NCBI GenBank assembly: GCA_023380615.1
Contig: JAMCRO010000019.1
Span: 1,706-65,705 of the forward strand
Direction of reading: 5' to 3'
DNA length: 64,000 bases
Source: Candidatus Parvarchaeota archaeon
Lineage (GTDB): Archaea > Nanobdellota > Nanobdellia > Parvarchaeales > Parvarchaeaceae
Positions 60,601-64,000 of this stretch are shown piece by piece. Below the pieces are notes generated by a model. The model worked only from the letters and a program-made list of their open reading frames with translations. It made no database searches and was not told the DNA's origin. Numbering within the stretch: the first letter of the stretch is position 1; each line of letters opens with the position of its first letter. The translations under genes and the position numbers were made by a program.

Positions 60601-63363
60601 AGAATTAAGTGATTTAAAAATACAGCCTTTACCAAAGGTGTTTGGCACGTTGTAAGAATAATTTCCAGGCGGGTTTAATATAGACAAATTGTCTTTGTAT
60701 GTTGAAATGGTATTTCCATCGTAAGTTACGGACCATTGCACATTGTTGTAAAGCCCAGCCTCATAAAAGGTTGATATGCACTTCTCAACATAATTTACTG
60801 TGAGTCCTGTTCCAGCCGTATCGTTCCCAACGGCAGGCTGTGGTATGTAGTAACATGAACTTCCCGCACTAACATTACTTATTGAGTATGGAAAAGTACC
60901 GTAACTGGTCTTTATAGCTATTAATGTACCTATGGAAGAGTTAGACTTACTGTTATAACTAACACTCCAAAGACTGTTTACTGGAAGACCTTTTTCATTA
61001 AAATCCGTATAGCATAAGCTGCTGAAGCCTATGACCGAAGAAGAACCTGCATATATAAATCCACTAGATTCATTTGGTGAGAACACGCATGTTCCAAGGG
61101 TTATCTTTCCAACCGAAAAAGAATAGTTTCCTGGAAAGCTGCTGAAAGAAATTGAATTTGTCTGGGAATCTGAAGTTGAACCATTAAAAATTACCTGCCA
61201 AGAAGCCCCTTGCGGCAAGCCAACTTCCGAAAAAACTGTATCGCATGTTGTAAGATTAAACGTTACATGTACATCGTTACCAACACTTGTAGATCCGGAA
61301 GTTTGATTTGGCGCATAGTTACAGCCATTGTAGCTTGTCTGCGGTACTTGATAGTAGTACTTACCCTGCGGAAGCAGAAACGATACATTCTGATTTATAG
61401 AATGCTTTGTTATTCCTGCAAATGTTACCGTCCAATTCGCCCCGGATGGCAAACCAGGATCTATAAAATCTGTCGTACAATCATCTGTAAATCCTACTGT
61501 TTCGTTTGAACCTGCCGTTATACTACCAGAAGACGGAGAAGGTACATAATAACACCCCCTACTTATCGGTTGCGAAGCAATTGAAAAAGGATAGGAACCG
61601 TTTACCGTATCAAAATAAATTCCTGTTGACGTTGATAATTTTGTTTTATTATCAAAAGTAGCATTCCATTCAGTGTCATTCGGCAGACCTGTTTCACTGA
61701 AGGTTGTAGTACATTCTCCCGAAAATGTTATAAGTTGGAGTTCTCCCGCAAGTATGGTTCCATTTTTAGGAGAAGGGGTAAATATGCAGTTTCCAACCTT
61801 CAGTACTGACACATTATAATAAAAAGTTTTTCCCTTATAGTAAGGGAATTCTATCGAGGAATTAAACGCTCCGTCTCTTGTCTGATTGTCATAATCCACT
61901 GACCAAGACACCCCTATAGGTAACCCTTTGGAAACAAAAACAGTATGACATGTTTGAGCAAAAGATATAATGAGAGAGGAACCTGCTGTTAAATTTCCAG
62001 TAGAAGGAGTAGGAGAGTATATGCACCCCCCTTGAGTCGCATTTGGAACAGAAAAACCAGCGAATACATTAGATGTATTGAATCTTATTGTATCATAAGT
62101 GGACTGTTGGATTTTATTGTCATACCTTACTGTCCAATTCAAACCTACCGGCAGATTTTTCTCTAAAAAGGATGTTATGCAACTTCCAGAAAAATCAACT
62201 AAAATAGAAGAACCGGCAGCTACTGGATTGCTAGAATTTGCAATTGGACTAAATGTGCAATTCCCAGATATTATTGGCTTTAATTTTAAGTTACTAACCG
62301 TGTAATTAGAACTTATCACCAAGGATGAATCAGAAGAGTGTGCAGTTATGTTATCAAAGGTCGCATTCCACTTTGTACCCACTGGCAAACCTTCTTCACT
62401 TACTGAAGTATTGCATACGGAATTAAAGGTTATCAAAACAGTTTGGCCTACCGTAGCGTTTCCATTTTCTGGATCTGGAGTAAAGATGCAGTTGTTTTTG
62501 TTAATTACTGAGACATTAAATATTGGAATCAAAGAAGCCGAATTGGTGGGAATGAAAACTATCTGAGTAGAATTTGAACTATTTGTTAGATTATCATACC
62601 TTATGGTCCAGGTATATCCTTGCGGTAAACCTGTCTCTAAAAATGTAACTGTATTTGATTTAGAACTGCATGTTGTGAAAAAGATGATATATTCAGATGA
62701 ACCTGCATTAACAGATCCTGATTGGGGATAAGGGTAATAAGGACAACCATTATAGGCTGAATCAGATACTGAAAAAGGGTAATTTCCATAAGAAGAAATG
62801 AAATACGTAGAATTCGTGTTAACATTTCTAGAAACATTGCCATACAAAACTGTCCAGTTTACTTTATTAGGTAAACCATACCTAACAAATGTCGTATTGC
62901 ATACTGCCGAAAACGAAATATGAACGGAATTTCCGGCAGAGGTATTACCTGATTCTGGAGAAGGCAAGAAAGTACAGCCGTTTAAAAAGACTTTATTTAC
63001 ACTAAATGAAAAGCTTTTGAGAAAAGAAGAATAATTTAGATAATTTACATTAGAATAGGATGTACCGGATGGAAGCGAAATAGACCAAAGTGTATTTAAA
63101 GGCAGCCCAGATTCATAGAAAATTGTGTACTTTGGTGCAGGAATGGTGGTATTTGTAATATTTGTAGGAGGAGTAACACTTATATTTTTAGGAGCGGTTA
63201 TTGTTATTGGTTTTAATCCAAACAATTTTGCAATGTTTAAGCCTAGGAAACTATTGAGCGTGCTCAAAAAAAACAAGATTATAAATAGTATGATTATCGC
63301 AATTAAAAACGCTGTAAAGTGTACACTATGGCTTTTCTTTTGAGATTGCGTAGTAGATTTCAT
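51697..63363 (-). CDS. Giant N-terminally anchored surface protein (3888 aa): about 30 ETGLP-type repeats plus four DUF2341-like modules
   Basis: TM near aa 16-36 and no C-terminal TM; repeated F.E.GLP....W.V.(Y/F); FQQM/SWLE/GEAPQL/YPPxGVMP modules. Confidence 0.92.
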   Translation of the reverse strand: MKSTTQSQKKSHSVHFTAFLIAIIILFIILFFLSTLNSFLGLNIAKLFGLKPITITAPKNISVTPPTNITNTTIPAPKYTIFYESGLPLNTLWSISLPSGTSYSNVNYLNYSSFLKSFSFSVNKVFLNGCTFLPSPESGNTSAGNSVHISFSAVCNTTFVRYGLPNKVNWTVLYGNVSRNVNTNSTYFISSYGNYPFSVSDSAYNGCPYYPYPQSGSVNAGSSEYIIFFTTCSSKSNTVTFLETGLPQGYTWTIRYDNLTNSSNSTQIVFIPTNSASLIPIFNVSVINKNNCIFTPDPENGNATVGQTVLITFNSVCNTSVSEEGLPVGTKWNATFDNITAHSSDSSLVISSNYTVSNLKLKPIISGNCTFSPIANSSNPVAAGSSILVDFSGSCITSFLEKNLPVGLNWTVRYDNKIQQSTYDTIRFNTSNVFAGFSVPNATQGGCIYSPTPSTGNLTAGSSLIISFAQTCHTVFVSKGLPIGVSWSVDYDNQTRDGAFNSSIEFPYYKGKTFYYNVSVLKVGNCIFTPSPKNGTILAGELQLITFSGECTTTFSETGLPNDTEWNATFDNKTKLSTSTGIYFDTVNGSYPFSIASQPISRGCYYVPSPSSGSITAGSNETVGFTDDCTTDFIDPGLPSGANWTVTFAGITKHSINQNVSFLLPQGKYYYQVPQTSYNGCNYAPNQTSGSTSVGNDVHVTFNLTTCDTVFSEVGLPQGASWQVIFNGSTSDSQTNSISFSSFPGNYSFSVGKITLGTCVFSPNESSGFIYAGSSSVIGFSSLCYTDFNEKGLPVNSLWSVSYNSKSNSSIGTLIAIKTSYGTFPYSISNVSAGSSCYYIPQPAVGNDTAGTGLTVNYVEKCISTFYEAGLYNNVQWSVTYDGNTISTYKDNLSILNPPGNYSYNVPNTFGKGCIFKSLNSSGNLVSGGNASVYFSPSSCTSNITETGLPKNVNWSVSIDNITNYSTRNFTVVTTDPGNYSVHIPTVSINGCVFSTSYNEILVAGSHITVHFSAACKTIFTETGLPNGTKWEVNDSFPSYFDYNLPNPSEIYSYKLYSSTSNKIIVSSSNSSANPYSVESVPINTFCAYDPQPSSGSIAPGNNLSIIFGDNCITSFKETGLPKGTDWYVSFNNINASSNSNQISFLTNEGSYNFKVFTAESSGCFYTSNVTQGTLNTSSILNIKFTGIFCLTTFKETGLPSDSEWNVTFNVLSKASNTSKIIFNDSFSNNSYNYHIKPKSISEDGCHINLTSPSGTTEVGSYVNATYINTCKTIFNETGLPNDTEWDVNFDGVSGSSFNKSVIIYALPGNHSYTSEIINAGPGCFYYPKPESSYLVAGESASISYTKECLSTFSQDGLPSGATWSVKYDGILNSSSLSNISFITTPGNFSFSLNTVDSSYCSFLPSPASGYLIAGGNINISFIENTCNTTFIGRGLPANTQWKLTFDGITESPSNNNVTITTPPGIFTAKFYPINLSNCVFSPEPLSSSTAAGGYFTVHFTASCLTSFNETGLPKNTYWFVTYNGTTVSSNASVIKVPSINGTYAYSLPFIGNSSCSYRPNPSSGNTIAGSRVSVSYSGGCTTVFYENGLPPGSEWNLTYDNQSSASTSTSIQFVTPPGTFKYTVENLTLNNCLYVAKNGSSELAAGSTLYLIFNQTRCYTTFTEGNLPSNTKWTLTYNNINYSSNKTSLELSTIPGTFNFTAYSIKDGGCVFTPNPSDGHIAAGSSLLLSFSSSCITLFNETGLSKGITWSVKFDGITNYSSNSSLDVDSIYGNFSFSVPRIQVSTNCYLTPDPSSGYLTAGSSTIISFSNYCYSEFIETGLPSGISWAVKYDNLTNSSSLSDISFNIISGNYSFSVPSIDYHNCYFVSNESNGYAQAGHYTYVKFTEDYCISNFTESGLPSSTKWGVTFANMSNSSTKKYISLNTTKGLYNFTVPAVNIAGCRYIATPANGGIAAGSDTDVSFSVSFCITTFNETGLPLKDNWSVTYNSIKNSSISSNITFNTSALSSFGFSVQAENQSQCNFIPVPSSGSVTSGSTEMINFSSVCHTYFKEEGLPSGYTWIVNLNGKNGSSKSNIMEFTTSYSDNYTFKVYPSVDYNSGFLSNISGGFIASGSNATFVFSNDTSAYKKPVIIPISFYNNQSTATSQPFQQMLVFNSSKYSKDENSKLTNIMFTYQNGTVIPSWLESGNSNTSNDTVYWLKIKSIPAESSIAIDMIFNQTLLAYSNNFNINTTGEAPQLSSTYAEYDDGANVFNFYANFNGTSLNTNIWNSGAVSGSKVSVDNGLTISGDGSTSGSTYVATTHQVFSNNEILEGYINQNKGNTGNERGLIGISTVSNSEPVWDNNGGTGDTIAGWSAGKDNLGDIIQSESVLNGAYTYLQSTSYNLNWNIYSVSLSSVNGVTTFLNYGSTSSTTSDNPSAPLYINLGDYNTGNGASFDQQYQWIRVRAYPPNGVMPSVFINLTLVTTNLTETGLPQGYRWYASFDGINKSATADYMTFSTVPGRYNLSVYTSSNKSSTLNCISTYTSNVTDSKENAGAIINIHFSLSSDLCTTVFSEKGLIGNWSVAFDGKNGSTSASQTSDLSNITKYKLLKISNFQNVSTASSFQQMVTVNNTVYGGLAASNFQNVEFFYPNGTIISSWLENYGYSNDAVYWLDLGEIPANSFTYVYIGFASNSTDVLNSLNSSVSPKLGPYPQPSTGSQLPVKLSENYTSCGDFFNMENYPGGNNEMICSWGGGDVNIYMAGGSGGYSGLSIISVSTGKSYFNDFFNTPYCLSSYGSVNLPPGQYLLGTSRGNGGGSCGPGGFILTAPTIALSYPNGVMPTVSFIAPKTSLNNSNNTIIIHNIPYGNYTATASTNMSCRVKPASVEAGSTYVFSNWDCTTTFNQSTLPKGNNWWVDYNGVNNSNKTGSAIKINFNSSNSIIYTYSAGSNISCSSNGIADPGTSNNISSWACIKQFVEEGLPSGTNWTVKYDNKVNSSISNLITLASNFGNYSYSINNITFSSEIYVPNSSSGYTVSFGKLTINFSKHSLVTPQSIYKYAVLNITNSQTSATKQPFQQMINLTLNSSYNKYINQTGKHSFQNIEFFNTTTGKVLDSWLESYTSKYAIFWIKLPNGIPADTTIQDVAIGFASNDTNLFNINNTGEAPQLSPTYAEYDDGANVFNFYDNFKGTSLNTTKWSSFGSSGTSGSTSDIIVSNKLTLTGGGTGGLSHQTWIKTSLSSGSFDGSVVADVYENSPSTNTTFRWGFTNSNPTYFGGSSTQSFGEQIYDNGNWYANTDAGSSGTQNEIGSWSSLANTSVIWSIAATDTQVLFYNPNTYSTLGSSGQTITTTIPAYSSSIGLSLTNEYTNPISVYWVNVRAYPPDGVMPSVKLNTLVTKPITLFINGISNNNITMIYGKDSNFTVESDNHYVKLWKELNNSVVSLTNLSGNISTYSNLFAAGKIKVIGGSNSTSIKNVSYYNTINKATPVLNLVSNPNKNYLYNGTSLIINVSISTINNQLNATLYINGIFNKTINKSTTLNLSSRVGNYTIVLNTSGNQNYTANSITITRDIYPQLSSSLIYYMPINITNAQSIPTSVPFQQMINLTITSSDSQYINQTGKYSLQNVEFFNIATGKVLDSWLESYTSKYAIFWIKLPNGIPADTTIQDVAIGFASNDTNLFNTNNTGEAPQLSSTYGEYDDGVDVFTEYWNFAGTTVPSGWTSSGTVSINNGVTINPSSGTGAIETNDTYGPSSDTLLEFYGDIPSSTSADQSAIGFITGTTSYDMQVAWTMLDYSGTGSLSISTAYPQTIQTDGGTRTALSSPTTSGTNLWQIYWPNSSASYFSYNYGSKGKITTNPSSSLKIGIIGEQSTTSPQIGPIYWFRIRVYPPDGVMPSVSLGSVLP
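52369..54086. repeat. Direct repeat of 146 bp (52369-52514 and 53941-54086), 3 mismatches, encoding the constant part of DUF2341-like modules
   Basis: Manual alignment; a 35-bp core also occurs at 20175-20209 with one mismatch. Confidence 0.9.
57000..63130 (-). repeat. 26 tandem repeats of about 79 aa (thermopsin-C-terminal-like), nearly all with two Cys
   Basis: Counted by eye from the GLP...W motif; consensus FxExGLPxxxxWxVxFxx...C.(F/Y).P.P.SG...AG......F...C.T. Confidence 0.85.
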
Positions 63364-63430
63364 AATACCTTTTTAGACTATAATATCTACAGATATTCAT
63401 ATAAATACTATATATAGAATATAATAGACT

Positions 63431-64000
63431 ATGAAATTATTTTCCTGGAATGTAAACGGGCTAAGAAGCGTAGTAAGAAAAAACGAGATTCAGAAGATAA
63501 TAAACAGCAGTGAATATGATGTTATTTTATTGCAGGAAACAAAAATCGAAGGGATAAACGGCATAATAAAAACAGACCCATACATTTCATACATAATGCC
63601 TTCAAGGGTAAAAAAAGGGTACAGCGGGGTTATGGCGCTCTGCAAGGAAAAGCCGATGGATGTGATTTATGGCATTGGAAACGAAAGGTATGACAGTGAA
63701 GGCCGGGTAATAACTCTTGAATTCAAGGACTACTTCGTAATAAACAGCTATTTCCCTAATTCAAGGAGGGATTTAAGCAGGCTTTCTTATAAGCTAGAAT
63801 TCAATAAAAGCATACTTGAATTTATGGAAAACCTGAGAAAGAAAAAACCCATAGCGATAGGGGGGGACTTCAACGTTGCACACACTGAATTGGACATAGC
63901 TAGGCCTAAACAGAATGAAGGAAACGCAGGTTTTACTGTACAGGAAAGGAAGTTCGTAGACGAACTTATAGATAATGGATATATGGATACCTTCAGGTTA
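63431..64000 (+). CDS. xth: Exodeoxyribonuclease III (partial, runs off window)
   Basis: Manual translation MKLFSWNVNGLRS...LQETK...GYSGV...EGRVI...YFPN...GDFNVAH...AGFT..ER..MDTFR. Confidence 0.95.
   Translation, partial: MKLFSWNVNGLRSVVRKNEIQKIINSSEYDVILLQETKIEGINGIIKTDPYISYIMPSRVKKGYSGVMALCKEKPMDVIYGIGNERYDSEGRVITLEFKDYFVINSYFPNSRRDLSRLSYKLEFNKSILEFMENLRKKKPIAIGGDFNVAHTELDIARPKQNEGNAGFTVQERKFVDELIDNGYMDTFRL

Noticed and set aside
57000-63130. CRISPR-like periodicity (recurrent ggcaagccggtttc about every 240 nt)
   Set aside because: These are codons of the ETGLP protein repeat within an open frame; the spacing is too long and no cas genes are present
603-63343. Numerous 60-190 aa ORFs antisense to or nested in called genes (e.g. 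603..1028, 31695..32252, 42679..43254, 57236..57694)
   Set aside because: Shadow ORFs of well-supported genes, with no motifs of their own

Overview
AT-rich, very compact archaeal sequence. It has TATA/BRE-type promoters about 24 nt before many start codons, mostly leaderless genes and 1-4 nt gene overlaps. Gene content (DUF2341-like and thermopsin-tail-like surface repeats, DUF981, GlpA plus CoxG-like protein, Lhr-MPE) fits an acidophilic DPANN archaeon, most likely Parvarchaeota/ARMAN-like; this is inference and not database-checked. There are about 60 CDS: redox/detox enzymes, MFS and ABC transporters, DNA repair genes (UvrD-PD(D/E)XK, Lhr, Nth, Xth, Nudix), a dispersed glycerol-scavenging set, and two giant surface proteins (2246 aa and 3888 aa). 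No rRNA, tRNA, CRISPR array or transposase was recognised. Two observations stand out. First, the two giant proteins share six DUF2341-like modules built as constant-variable-constant cassettes; some constant flanks are near-identical at nucleotide level while the inserted domains are highly divergent, which suggests recombinational shuffling of adhesin tips. Second, a translationally coupled pair of small 3-TM genes with a conserved KH(K/R)xDKAPL motif occurs three times within about 10 kb. Also present are a decayed hsp20 with a leader mini-ORF, a 5'-truncated cytochrome b, an ABC deletion chimera and a probable pseudokinase.
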